From: an uncultured Acidobacteriota bacterium
Lineage (GTDB): Bacteria; Acidobacteriota; UBA6911
Reading direction: 5' to 3'
Assembly (NCBI GenBank): GCA_963827655.1
Contig: CAWHCF010000042.1
Coordinates: 1 to 64,000 of the forward strand
Length of the DNA stretch: 64,000 nt
Under the pieces are notes generated by a model, which was not told where the DNA came from, ran no database searches, and was given only the letters and a program-made list of their open reading frames with translations. A program made the position numbers and the translations under genes. This document shows, piece by piece, positions 10,350 to 22,500 of this stretch; the stretch's first letter is position 1; every line of letters starts with the position of its first letter.

Positions 10350-13300
10350 ATGGTTCGCCAACTGCGAGTTTCATCTTTGGTAATCTTGACGGCGTTTGTG
10401 TTGGTCGGTGCAATCCAGGCTCAGGTCACCACGGCAACGTTCTATGGAATCGTCAATGACCCGTCGGGCGCCGTCGTTCCCGGCGCCGACGTCACTCTGA
10501 CCAACGAGAACACGAGTGCCACGCTGAAATCGATCACCGATGTTCAAGGTGAATTCGTCTTCAACTTCGTGCCTGCCGGCCGTTATACGTTGAAGATCGC
10601 GCTCACGGGTTTCAAGAGTCTGGAAAGCAAGAGTATGGAACTGGGCGCGGCGCAAAACGTGCGTCAGACCTTCACGCTTCAGGTGGGCGAGGTGACGGAG
10701 TCGGTCACCGTCTCGGGAGAGAGCCCTCTGGTCAATACGGCGGCTGCCGAGCAGCGCGAGAGTTTTTCGCGCCTGCAGGTGACGGAACTTCCGCTCGCCC
10801 GCCGCAACTTCTCCAATGTCCTGCGACTCGGCACCGGCGTCACGACCGGCGGGTCCGGACAGGTGAGGCTCAACGGCGCGGGGAGGAGCGGAACCAAGGT
10901 AACCCTGGATGGGACGAGCGCGGACTCCAACCCCGAGGCTCCGGGCACGTCGATGTACCAGTCCTTCAACCTGATCGATGTCATGAGCATCGAAGCCATC
11001 GCCGAGGTGCAGACGACAAAAGGAATCGTGGCCGCCGAGTACGGACATGTGCTGACGGGCAACGTCAACTTGATCAGCCGGTCGGGAACCAACGATTGGC
11101 ATGGAAGCTTGTTCGAGAATTTTCAGGCGGAAGAATTGAATGCCCGAGTTCAAACGGCAGCCACACGCCCTCCTTTGACCTTCAATCAGTTTGGCGGGTC
11201 AATCGGCGGGCCGATTCGCAGAGACAAGATTTTCGTGTTTGGAGCCTACGAAGGCTATCGCGAATCCGCCATGGAGGTGGTGCAAGGCGACGTTCCCACC
11301 CAGCGGATCAGAAACGCCGCCATTGCGGCGGTTCCTGACTACAAATTGTTCTTTGACACACTCCCCCTTCCCAACCAGCCGCACGATCCCAATGGCATCA
11401 TCGGCCGTTTCATAGGCTCGGGCTCTCGAACTCGCGGCGAGAATCACGCGGTCATCAAGGGGGATGTGCGTTTGTTAGGGAACGGGAACCTGGCGGCCAC
11501 TTACCGGCGCGGTCGGCCCACCCAGACCACGCCGCGGGTTTCGGCGATCAACTTTCGCGGATGGGAAGGAGAAACGGAGGCATTGACGGTTACATTTGTC
11601 AACGCGTTCTCCTCCGGCTGGATGGGCGAGACGCGCTACGGACTCAACTACAACTTCATAAACCGGGTCGACGGCTTTTTCGAGATCAAAGATCCCAAAG
11701 TCGAGGAGAAGTATGTAGGAGGCCGGCGAATCCCCGATATCGGGGGGCTCGGTTTCGGAAGCGGCGGCGGTGAACTGGTCCAATACGGAAAATCACCTTC
11801 GTGGACGTTCGAACAGAAGTTTGCCCGGATCTCCGGCAAGCATTCATTCAAGTTCGGGGGCATCTATTCCCATCGCGGCGGCGGCCGTTCCGATGTTGAG
11901 AACCCCCAGGTGGCCTATGCCAACGAGGCGGAATTTCTCGCCAACATCCCGAGCAGCGTCACGATTACCTTCGGCGTCAATCCGTATACTTCAAGCAGCT
12001 ACGAGTTCGGTTTCTTTCTCCAGGATGACTGGCGGCTCAGTCCCAAGCTGGTACTCAATCTCGGGATCCGCTATGACTACTTCTCGATATTCAACGCCAA
12101 ACCTGTGAGCCCGGAAAATCCCGCTGCTCTGTATAACCTCGACGGCCTGCAGGACGCAGGGAACTTTATCTTTGGTCCCTTGCGCGACGTCGAAAAGCCG
12201 TTCGAACCCGATCCGGTGAATATCGCTCCCAGATTCGGCTTCGCCTACAACCCGGATGGCCGGGGCACCAGCGTGATCCGGGGCGGATTCGGGATGATGT
12301 ACAGTCCCCTGATCTGGGCGACGTTCAATAATGCCGTGGGAAACACGCCGACGATTCCCTTCCGCCGTCAGTTCAGCCGGGCGGAAGCCGCTGCGCTCGG
12401 TCTGCGCTATCCGGTTTATAACGAGGACATGGTAACCCTGGTGGACCGCCTGGGCAGGATCTCCATTGCCGACTTGTTTGAACCCGACTATCTGCACGCG
12501 CCCTACACGATGAACATGTATCTTGGAATACAACGCGCGCTGACGGGATCCCTGATGATGGAGACGGCCTTCGTGGGAAACCGCGGAGTGAAGTTGTTCA
12601 TGTACCGAAGGTTCAACCAGGTCAATCGCGTCACCGGACTCCGGCCCAATCCGGACCTGGGATTTGAAGGTAATTATCTGGACAGCTCGCAGCAGAGTTT
12701 CTACTCCTCCTGGCAGACGTCGCTGCGCAAGCGATACTCGAAGAATCTGGCGGGAGATATCCATTACACCTGGGGCAAGGCGCTTTCTTACACCGGCGGT
12801 GACAATGCGGCTCCCTTTAACGATGACGCCGATAACTCGATCCAGGATTTTTATGATGTGAAGAGTAATCGCGGCCCCTCGATCGGGGACACAACCCACG
12901 TCTTCAGCGCCGACTGGGTCTATGACCTGCCCAGGTTCGCAAACGGGAACGGGCTGGTCCGAAACATTCTCGGAGGCTGGCAAATGAGCGGAATCTTCCG
13001 TGCTCAAAGCGGCGGCGCCTTCAGCGTAAGCCAGAGGAGCCCGGGTGGGCCCGCCAGCCGGCCGGACCTGATTGATCCGGAGAACGCGGTCCTCTCCGAT
13101 TACCGGCAAACCCTGCTTTATCTGAATCGGGCTGCTTTCGCCCGGGTGCCGCTGAGCGCGGGGTCGATTCCGATAAGGCCCGGTTCGGCCGGGCACAACG
13201 CTTTCCGGGGACCGGGCTCCTGGGTTCTGGACTTTTCGTTCGGCAAGAATTTTGCCATCACCGAACAGCTCAGGTTTCAGCTCAGGGCGGACATGTTCAA

Positions 13301-13421
13301 TTCTCTCAATCACACCAACCTCGGAGGGCCTACCACGGACATCGACAATGTGAATTTCGGGAGGATCTTCGGCACCGGAGGCGCCCGAACGATTCAGATG
13401 AACGCGCGGCTCAGCTTTTAG
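10350..13421 (+). CDS. TonB-dependent receptor with N-terminal carboxypeptidase-regulatory-like domain (Oar-like)
   Basis: G.V.DPSGAVVPGA.VTL, QDDWR...LNLGIRYD, C-terminal RLSF. Confidence 0.92.
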   Translation: MVRQLRVSSLVILTAFVLVGAIQAQVTTATFYGIVNDPSGAVVPGADVTLTNENTSATLKSITDVQGEFVFNFVPAGRYTLKIALTGFKSLESKSMELGAAQNVRQTFTLQVGEVTESVTVSGESPLVNTAAAEQRESFSRLQVTELPLARRNFSNVLRLGTGVTTGGSGQVRLNGAGRSGTKVTLDGTSADSNPEAPGTSMYQSFNLIDVMSIEAIAEVQTTKGIVAAEYGHVLTGNVNLISRSGTNDWHGSLFENFQAEELNARVQTAATRPPLTFNQFGGSIGGPIRRDKIFVFGAYEGYRESAMEVVQGDVPTQRIRNAAIAAVPDYKLFFDTLPLPNQPHDPNGIIGRFIGSGSRTRGENHAVIKGDVRLLGNGNLAATYRRGRPTQTTPRVSAINFRGWEGETEALTVTFVNAFSSGWMGETRYGLNYNFINRVDGFFEIKDPKVEEKYVGGRRIPDIGGLGFGSGGGELVQYGKSPSWTFEQKFARISGKHSFKFGGIYSHRGGGRSDVENPQVAYANEAEFLANIPSSVTITFGVNPYTSSSYEFGFFLQDDWRLSPKLVLNLGIRYDYFSIFNAKPVSPENPAALYNLDGLQDAGNFIFGPLRDVEKPFEPDPVNIAPRFGFAYNPDGRGTSVIRGGFGMMYSPLIWATFNNAVGNTPTIPFRRQFSRAEAAALGLRYPVYNEDMVTLVDRLGRISIADLFEPDYLHAPYTMNMYLGIQRALTGSLMMETAFVGNRGVKLFMYRRFNQVNRVTGLRPNPDLGFEGNYLDSSQQSFYSSWQTSLRKRYSKNLAGDIHYTWGKALSYTGGDNAAPFNDDADNSIQDFYDVKSNRGPSIGDTTHVFSADWVYDLPRFANGNGLVRNILGGWQMSGIFRAQSGGAFSVSQRSPGGPASRPDLIDPENAVLSDYRQTLLYLNRAAFARVPLSAGSIPIRPGSAGHNAFRGPGSWVLDFSFGKNFAITEQLRFQLRADMFNSLNHTNLGGPTTDIDNVNFGRIFGTGGARTIQMNARLSF

Positions 13422-13480
13422 GATGCAAAAAAAATACCACCAAGACTCAAAGACACGAAGAAACACGAAGAATCTTTGGG

Positions 13481-14545
13481 TTAACCAAGAGCGGCTGCAA
13501 CGGCCGCGCCTACTTCTTCAGTTCGAGCGCTGCCGCCGAGGTCCGGTGTCAGCGGCTTTCCTGCCGAAAGAATCCGGACCACGCTCGACTCCAACTGCTG
13601 CGAGGCGTCCGGTTCGCCCAGGAACTCCAGCATCATCGCGCCCGCAAGAATGGTTGCGAGGGGGTTGGCAATTCCCTTCCCTGAGATGTCGGGGGCCGAG
13701 CCATGAACCGGCTCGAACATTGAGGGATGAGACTTCTCCGGGTTCAGATTGGCGCTGGGAGCCAATCCGAGACTCCCGGTGATCATGGCGGTCATGTCGG
13801 TGAGAATATCTCCGAAAAGATTTGAGGCGACGATCACGTCGAAGGTCTCGGGCGCCGGATCAGATCCATGCAGGCCGCGTCGACCAGGAGCGATTCCGTA
13901 ACGATGTCGGGGAAATCCCGTGATACCTCCGCAAAGACTCGATCCCAAAACGCCATGCTGAATCCCTGCGCGTTCGACTTGGTCACCGAAGTCAGCCGGC
14001 GCTTCTTGTTGCGCCGCCGGGCCAGCTCGAAAGCAAAGCGAATGACCCTTTCGGTTCCTCTTCGGGTAAAGACGGCGGTCTGGATGGCTACTTCATCGGC
14101 CGAGCCGGTGTAAACGTTTCCTCCGACCTGAGAGTATTCGCCCTCAGTATTTTCGCGCACGACGACCAGGTCGATCTCACCCGCCTTTTTCCCGGACAAC
14201 GGAGAGGAAGCGCCTGGATAGAGAACGGACGGGCGCACGCAGGCGTACTGGTCAAAGCCGCGACGGATGGGCAACAGCAGCCCGTTCAACGTGACATTGT
14301 CCTGCAGGCGGGGATGGCCCACGGCGCCCAGGTAAATCGAATCAAACCGGCCCAGCTGATCCAACCCATCGGCCGGCATCATGGAACCATTCTGGAAATA
14401 GTACTCGGAGCCCCAGGGAAAATGATTCCATTTCAAGGCGAAAGCCGAACCGCTCTCCCGCGGCATCAAGGACTCGCATTCCGACCGGAATGACTTCCTT
14501 CCCTATGCCGTCTCCTGCGATGACGGCCACCCGATATGTTTTCAT
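13481..14545 (-). CDS. Tartrate/D-malate dehydrogenase-like (isocitrate/isopropylmalate dehydrogenase family); 2 frameshifts
   Basis: [36 protein letters not shown] and [12 protein letters not shown], split over three frames. Confidence 0.88.
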
Positions 14546-14616
14546 ATGGCTTTCCTTCCACGCTTGAAGTTGTGGAGAGAGTTTCCAGGGTCGAACAACC
14601 GCAACAGCCGACCACG

Positions 14617-14690
14617 GCCACGTGCACGACCACGTCAACGTGGACGTTGACGTGCACGTGAGCGTGGACGTGGTCGTGTGGTGTGGTCGT
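14617..14690. repeat. CACGTN-hexamer palindromic repeat, copy 1
   Basis: Core CACGTCAACGTGGACGTTGACGTG at 14631-14654 inside a hexamer-periodic tract. Confidence 0.7.
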
Positions 14691-14719
14691 GGCGCAGGCC
14701 ACAGCGTGTTGCGGCTTGT

Positions 14720-17700
14720 TCACCACCGAAGCCGCAGCGTCATCTCAATGATGCGAGGTCCCGCCTTTTCGTTGTCCTGATTGATGGTGCGGGCGTCGGT
14801 GATCTCGCCGGCGCGCGCCACCGAGATGTCGGTACGCGGGAACTGGAAGTGGGGCGTATTGAAAAGGTTCGATATTCCGGCGACATATTCCACCGTCAGC
14901 CGTTCCGTGGCGCGGAACTTCTTGACCATACTCAGATGCTGCAGGGTGTTGCCCGGACCTTCCAGGATATTGATGCCGGCGTTCCCGAACTGGCCGAGCC
15001 CGGGAACTCGAAATGCCGAAGGATCAAACCACAGCTCGACACGGCGGTCGCCGGCCGGAAGATTGCCGTCGGCCAACCGGTCGGGCAGCCCGCCGGTAGT
15101 ATTGGTATTCGACGGATCGGCGCCCGAGAACACGGGCGAGAAGAAGGGACCCGACTTGAAGAAGGTGAGGCTCACGATTTCCCATCCGCCCACGATCTGG
15201 TCCAGATACCCGGGCGCGTCGGAAAGATAGCGACGGCCACGGCCAAACGGCAGCGAGATCAGGGCGTTGAAAACGAATTTCTGGCGCGCCAGTTGTTCGC
15301 GGTTCCAGTGCAGGTGATCGTAGGGGTTTTCGAGGTTGAGGAAATTCGACACGTTCGACTGCAGCGTGTAGTGCGCGTCGAACGTGAAGGCTCCGGCCCT
15401 TTTCTGCACTTCCAGTTGAAAGCCGTCATAATTGCTCGCTCCGTCCTCCTGAACGTAGGTGGTCCCTACAAACTGGGGGTAGGGACGGCGATCCTGGGTA
15501 AACCGATCCAGGCTCGGGCGCGGCTTGTTGACATTGAGCGCATAGTTCAGCCCCCGGCTGCGCGACCCGATATACGAAACCCTCACTCCGAAATCCCGGA
15601 TCTGGCGCTCGACGCTCAGGTTGAACTGGTGAATCGACCCATGACTGGTCTGCAGCGGAAATCCACGGACGCTCTGCGAGGGTATCGAAGCCGAAGCCAG
15701 GCTGGTTGGAAATGGATTGGGGAAGGCAAAGCGCGGAACGCCGTTTTCAATCGCGTTGAAGTAGGTCTCGGCGATCTCGAACGGGCCACCGGACTGCAGG
15801 CGATCGAAATAGCCGACGTGTTCGGTGAACACGCCGTAGCCTCCTCGCAAAACGGTGTCGCGACCGAGACGGTAAGCAAAGCCCAGTCGAGGCCGGAAGT
15901 TGCCCAGGTCGGAATCGGGCTCCACTTCTCCGGTGACGATCTTGATATTGGCGGGATAGAGCGGGCTGACGGAGCTGAGCGCCTCCTCGGGCACGACTAC
16001 ATTGCCGGTCGCCGGGTCCCAGCTGTACTGGAGTCCGTCTTCGTAATAAGGCGCCGAGAAATAGTCCCAGCGCAGCCCGTAGTCGAGGGTGAGCTTTGCG
16101 CTCAATTTGAAGGTGTCCATCACATACAGACCGTGCTCGTAGCCGATCTGGGTCCGGTCGAGGCGCGGATCGAGGCGAATGCTGCGGTCCGGGAGCCCAA
16201 GCAGGAAGTCGGCATAGGGATGGCCCGTCAAGCTGCCATTGAATCGGAAGTCGCCGTAAGTGCCGGTATTGATCAGACTGGCGAAGCGGCCGACCCGCTT
16301 GAAGTCCCCGCCGAATTTCCAGACGTGCCGCCCCTTCGACCAGGTCAGCGACTCGGAGAAGATGAAGCTATGATCATCCTGGAGTACGCCCCCCGGATTG
16401 GTCTCGAGAAAGCTGAACCCGGTGATTTCCATTCTCGGAAAGCCCATGGCTTGCAGGTTTCCGGGATTGACCCCCTGAAGCCCGATCTCCTGGACCACCT
16501 GATCGCCGCGGCGCGGCGTGAAACCATCGATTTCGGTGCCGTCTTCGACGGAGTCCCACATCCAGCCGAAGCGGAAGGTGTTGACCAGCGTGGGGGAGAA
16601 GACGTGTGTGTCCGAGATCACCGTGCCGCGATGCCAGCGGACGCGGGTCTAGTCGAAGCCCGGCAGATTGCGCTTGAGGACGTACGGCGTGTAGCGACGG
16701 ATGTAGCGGCCGTAGATCGAATTCTTCGAGGAGATGTTGTGATCGATCCGGAACATCGGGTAGTCGGCCCGGAACAGGTCGTCCGGATACGGGTGCTCGA
16801 ACCCGAGATTGTTGACCAGGGTATCAGGATCACCCAGGTTCGGGTCCGGAATATAGAGCTGCTGCACTTTCTGGCTGAGCGGATTGAACCGCGACGCGGG
16901 CACGATATTCCCGGCGAATGGCTGATTGGTCAGCGGGTCCCTCACCGCTGAGGTAACCTGGGTGAAGTCTCCCTGGCGCATCCTCTGAGTAGGCACGGTC
17001 CCGCGGTTGAAGGAGCCGGCCGGCAGCTTCTGATGGAAGTAGGAGACGTAGAAGAAGGTGCGGTTGGGGAAAATTGGCCCGGAAACGTCCGCGTGCGCCT
17101 TGTGTTCAATGAGGACGGGCTTGCGTGGCTCAAAAAAATTGCGGGCGTTCAGCGCCGAGTTGAAGTGCGAATAGAACGCCGTCCCATGGAATGCGTTGTC
17201 GCCGCGTTTGGACACCATGTTGAAGTTCGCGACCCGGGCCTGGTCGGCCCGATTGTTGACCGCGACGACGGTGAGCTCGGTGAAGTCCATCATGTTGTTG
17301 ATCAGGTTCACGGTCCCGTCATTGGTCCAGACGCCGTCCATTCCCTCGGCAACCTGAGTCGAGGCCTGTCCCGCAATCCGCAGCGCGTAAGTTCCCATGG
17401 TGCTGTCGGTGGTGGGCAAGGTTGCCATCAATGCCTGCGGGTAGTAAGTCCGCACCATCGGGCTCGCGTCGAACAGCTTCTGGGTGAAGCCGGTCGAGAT
17501 CTCGGCCGTGTCGGTCGTGATTACGGCGCGTCCGGCCTCGACCGTGATCTGCTCGGCGACTTGTCCGACGTCGAGCCGGATGTCCATGCGCCGGATCTGT
17601 GTTCCCTCGAGCGCGATGTTGTCGGCCACATGCGTTTTGAAGCCGGTCAAGTTCGGCTCGCAGCCGGTAGGTGCCCGGCTTGAGGTCCGGCATTTCGAAG

Positions 17701-17898
17701 TTTCCGTTATTGTCCGATATGGCCGACCGCGCCAGCACATTCGTGGCGATGTCGGTCAGGGTCACTTCGACGCCGGGCACGACCAGACCACTCGGATCCG
17801 TGATGGTGCCCGCGCATCGTAGAGAGCGAAGTCTGCGCCGGAAGCGCAGCGGATAAAAACAGAGACAGAATGGGTAGCAATCTCGAGATTCGATGCAT
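14720..17898 (-). CDS. TonB-dependent receptor (Oar-like); several frameshifts
   Basis: Signal peptide MHRISRLL, carboxypeptidase-like N-domain, LDYGLRWDY, C-terminal LRLRW; split over 4 frames. Confidence 0.85.
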
Positions 17899-17969
17899 AC
17901 TTCCCTCCTGTTGGTGTTTCTTCGTGTCTTTGTGTCCTAGTGGTATTTGTTTCGCAGTGCCAACCGCAC

Positions 17970-19274
17970 TCACTGTTGTGTCCGCCCCGCAGCCAGTTCT
18001 CGAAGCGCCTGCACGACGTTGTCGACCTGCGCAAACGTGTTGTAATAGTGCGTGGAGAACCGGATCTGCTGGCTCCCTCCCGGCACGTACGTGTCGTATT
18101 TCTGCCGGAGGTATTCTTTGATCCGCTGTCCCGCTACCCCCTCGATCCCGATGCTCGTGATCCCGGCCGACATTGCGGGATCCATGGGCGTGTGCAGGCG
18201 AACCCCGGGGATCTCGGTCGACTTGCGGCGCAGGTACGCGCCCAGTCCGCGCGTGCGCTGCTCGATGCGCTGCCGGCCCACGGCGATTTGAAAGTCGAGC
18301 GTGTCCTCCAGCGCGGCCACGACCGGCCAGGGCCGCCGGCCGAAGGCTTCGTACTTGCGCGCTCCTCTGGGGGGATCTCTCCACAGGCCGATATTGGGCC
18401 AGACTCGATCTTGAACGTCTTCCTTGACGAACAGAAGGCCCGATCCGGCCGGGCCGGCCAGCCATTTGTGCGCATTGCAAGCATAGCCGTCCACACCCCA
18501 ATCCTTCAGGCTGAACTGGATCATCCCGATGCTGTGGGCGCCATCGACGAAGCACAGGACGCCCTTGCTGTGCGCCAGCTGCGCCAGTTCTTTGGCCGGA
18601 AGCAAACAGCCGGTGCTCGGGAGCGGATTGGCGAAATGGATGACGCGAGTCCGCTGGGTCAGCTCACGCTCGAAAGCTGCCACGATGCTCTCAGGGTTCT
18701 TGGGCGGGATGGGGAACTTGACTTCCTTCACCACCAGGCCGTAGCGCTTGGCCTGCCTCATCCAGGTTTCGCGATTGCTGGCGTGTTCGAAGGCGGTGAT
18801 CAGGATCTCGTCTCCCTGGCGCAGATCCAGGCCCTGGCACAAGGTTGTGTTTCCCTCGGTGGTGTTGCGCGTAATCGCGAGCTCATCGGCCGAGACCCCG
18901 AGAAACGAGGCGGCCTTCATCCGTATCTCATCGACGCGGTCCTGAAAAATCTGGCTGTTTTCGTTCGGGTTGACTGCCATCAAGCGCCAGTATTCGGTCA
19001 TCGCATCATAAACCGGTTTCGGTGTGGGTCCGAGTGTGCCGGTATTCATGTAGGCCAGTCCTTCTTCCAGCATGAATTTCTTGCGCACCTTCTCCCAGTA
19101 CCCGCCGTCGTCACGCCAGTTCTCGCGCCCGGGTTCCGGAGCATCACGCAGAGTGCTGAGCGCTTGCGCAAAGAGGCCCTTCACCTGGGTAAGGGTGGTC
19201 ACCGCAGCGGCGGATCCGCCCGCAAGCCTGCAAAAAAAGCTGCGCCGCGAGACTTCAGATGCAGAGGGGTTCAT
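17970..19274 (-). CDS. Tat-exported class V aminotransferase (cysteine desulfurase/isopenicillin N epimerase-like)
   Basis: SRRSFF Tat motif, YMNTGTLG, VDGAH, CNAHKWL (PLP lysine); GAGGAGG RBS. Confidence 0.88.
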   Translation of the reverse strand: MNPSASEVSRRSFFCRLAGGSAAAVTTLTQVKGLFAQALSTLRDAPEPGRENWRDDGGYWEKVRKKFMLEEGLAYMNTGTLGPTPKPVYDAMTEYWRLMAVNPNENSQIFQDRVDEIRMKAASFLGVSADELAITRNTTEGNTTLCQGLDLRQGDEILITAFEHASNRETWMRQAKRYGLVVKEVKFPIPPKNPESIVAAFERELTQRTRVIHFANPLPSTGCLLPAKELAQLAHSKGVLCFVDGAHSIGMIQFSLKDWGVDGYACNAHKWLAGPAGSGLLFVKEDVQDRVWPNIGLWRDPPRGARKYEAFGRRPWPVVAALEDTLDFQIAVGRQRIEQRTRGLGAYLRRKSTEIPGVRLHTPMDPAMSAGITSIGIEGVAGQRIKEYLRQKYDTYVPGGSQQIRFSTHYYNTFAQVDNVVQALRELAAGRTQQ

Positions 19275-19412
19275 GGCCGGCCTCCTCATAGAACGTGATC
19301 TTGGGGGATTATAGAACAAATACCACCAAGACAAGACAACAGAAACGGCCGCGGAGCTATCAGCTGACACTGGAAAGAGCGGCCCAATGCCGCACACGGA
19401 TAAAAAGCCGAG

Positions 19413-19470
19413 CACGATCACGTGCACGTCAACGTGGACGTTGACGTGTCGTGCGCGTAGTCGTGGTCGG
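19413..19470. repeat. CACGTN-hexamer palindromic repeat, copy 2
   Basis: Identical 24-bp core at 19425-19448. Confidence 0.7.
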
Positions 19471-19575
19471 GTGCTGCGGGTAGTTCGAGAAAAATACGAA
19501 GACGCCTGGAAAGACAAACAGGATCTTTTGGTATACCATGGGTACAATTTCGATCCTTCGATCCGGGAGGTACCC

Positions 19576-22500
19576 ATGCTTGGAAGAAAGTGGGCTTTCC
19601 CCACCATCCTCTCCGTCGTTCTTGCTTTCCCATCGACCGGCGCGACCCAGACAACGAGCGCAACACTACTCGGAACCGTCCGGGATGCTACGGGCGCGGT
19701 TGTGCCCAACGTCCAGGTAACGGCGCGAAATGTGCTCACGTCTTTCACACGAAGCGCCACTACAGACGCGAACGGGAGCTACATCATTCCCAACCTGCCC
19801 GTGGGCCCTTATTCGATTGCGGCCGAATGTCAGGGATTTCGGCGCTTCGTCCAGGAAGGAGTCACGCTCTCGGTCAACGAAAACGCCCGGCTGGATATTT
19901 CACTCCAGGTCGGCGTGGTGGCGGAGAGCGTCACCGTTACTGCTCAGACTCCAGGGGTCGACACCCGATCCTCGACCATCGGCGAGGTCGTCGATCAGAC
20001 GCGGATTCAAGAACTGCCGTTGAATGGCCGCAACGCGGTCGCCCTGGCGCGCGTGGTCCCGGGAGTGATCAGCGTTTCGGCTCCCACGGTTGTCACCAAC
20101 GGACGCAACGGCCCCGATATCACCGTTGCGGGCGGAAGGGATACCCAGAACGAGTTTCGCTTCGATGGCACCTCGCACCAGAATCTGACTCACAATTCGG
20201 CCCTCAACTTTCCGTCGCCCGACGCCCTGCAGGAATTCAAGGTCCTGACCAGCAGTTTCTCGGCCGAGTACGGCCGCAATGCCGGAGGCGTCGTCCTTGC
20301 GATCACTCGCGCCGGGACCAACGAATTCCACGGCGCAGTCTGGGAGTTTCTGCGCAACAAGGCGCTGAACGCGAGAAACTTCTTCTCCGTGGACAAGCCT
20401 GACCTGAAACAAAACCAGTTTGGCTTTACCTTCGGCGGACCGGTTATCCGCAGCCGGACATTCTTCTTTGGTTCGTACCAGGGGACCAGGATTCGAGAGA
20501 CTTCCCTGTACGCGACCGCCCTCCCGCCCAGCGTGGCCGAACGGTCAGGAGATTTTTCGGCATCCGCCCGAAGACCGAGGGACCCCCTCACCAGTCAGCC
20601 GTTTCCCAATGGCCAGATTCCCTCCCAGCGGTTCGATGCGGTGGCGGTAAAGTTATTGGACCGATACGTTCCGCTGCCGAACACACCCGACGGCCGCTGG
20701 GTTGCTCTGGTCTCTCGCCCCACGGACAGCGACCAGTATCTCGGGCGCGTCGATCACAACATCAGCAGCGCAAACACCGTGAATCTCCGTTTTTTCCGTG
20801 AAAAGAGCAACGTGGTCACGCAGCTCGGCAATGTCTCTCCGTACGCTCCAAACCGGGAAGCGCTCCAGGTGGACAACTGGTCTCTACACGACACTCATTC
20901 ATTCAGTCCATCCCTTCTGAACGAGCTGCACCTCGGCATCAACCGGGTCGACACCCGCGTCCGCAGTCTCGACGACACCCAGCTATCGGATTTAGGAGCC
21001 ATTCTGCCGGGAGTCACTCCGCCGCAGCTCTCCAACATCACCGTGGACGGATTCTTTTCGCTCGATTCCGGCCTGAACTACATCGAGCACGGCAACATCT
21101 ACCAGATCGGCGACAGCGCCAGCTGGTTCCGGGGCAAGCACTCCGTGAAGTTCGGAGGCGAATATCAACGCACGGAAATGATCAATCGAGCCTCGACGGC
21201 AACCAACGGTTATTTCCGCTTCGACGGCTCGATCACAGATAACGCATTCGCCGACCTTCTGATTGGCAAACCGCGCAGTCTCGACCAGGCGAGCCCTTAT
21301 GACCGGGTAGTAAAGGGCTACAACTTTTATCTTTTCATCCAGGATGACTATCGCGTCTCCCCCAGGATCACGCTCAATCTGGGGCTCCGTTTTGAATTGG
21401 TCCGGCCTTATCACCATGTCCACGACTGGACCAACACGTATCGTGAAGGGCAGACGTCCACGGTGACACCGGCGGCTCCTCCAGGCATGGTCTTCCCGGG
21501 CGACGCCGGCATCAGCCGCGGCCTTGTCCCGGTGGACAAGAACAACTTTGCTCCACGTCTGGGGCTGGCCTGGGATCCCCGCGGAGACGGGAATCTGAGC
21601 ATCCGGGCAGCCTACGGGCTGTTCTACGAAGATTTCCGCTCCGACATCTGGACCTACCCGGCGGTCAATCAACCCTTCGTCATTCGGGAATTCATCAACA
21701 ACCCGTTCAGCCTGACCGATCCGTATCAGGGCCGCACCAGCCCGTTCCCTTATGTCTACACGCCTGGCGGGGCCAGATTCAGTTTTCCGATGGGTTTGTT
21801 TACCGTGCCCGCGCCCGTGCTCACTCTGCCCTATGTCCATCAAATGAGCCTCAGCGTCGAGCGCGCGCTCCCCGGCGCCATGGTCGTCAAGGCGGGTTAC
21901 GTGGGGAAACTCGCGCACAATCTCCTGCGGATGGTGCAGAAAAACCCGGCGGTTTACATTCCGGGGCAGTCCACGACCGCCAACACCGATAGTCGCAGGA
22001 TACTGATGCCCGGCATCTACACCAGCTTCCGCGAGGTCGCGACCAACTCCAATGCCGCCTATCACTCCTTGCAATTCTCGGTGAACCGGCGTTTCTCAAA
22101 TGGGCTGACTTTCCTGACTGCCTACACTCTGGGAAAGCTCCTGGACTACTATTCGGCCCAGAATCTCGGGACGACCCCGCAGGATCCATTGGATCACCGC
22201 GCCGATCGGGCTCGCTCGGACGAAGACCGGACTCACGTACTGACCGGCTCCTTCGTTTACGAGATCCCGGCCTGGAAACAACAACAAGGTTTTCTCGGCA
22301 AGGTTTTCGGCGGGTGGGAGGTTTCGGGCATTGTGAGCCTGGCGAGCGGACTACCCGTCTGGGTGCGCAGCGACCGGGATAATTCGCTTACCGGGGTCGG
22401 CTTTGACCGTCCGGACCTCGTGGGCGACCCGGTCCGATCGCATTCCAGCCGCGACGACATGATCGCTCAGTTCTTCAACACCAGCGCCTTCGTGCCCAAT

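Noticed and set aside
14678-16951. 757-aa plus-strand ORF (and similar long ORFs at 8712-9932, 11991-13466, 17940-19298, 36155-37405, 61242-62432)
   Set aside because: These are antisense shadows of well-supported genes in GC-rich DNA, with no recognisable motifs.
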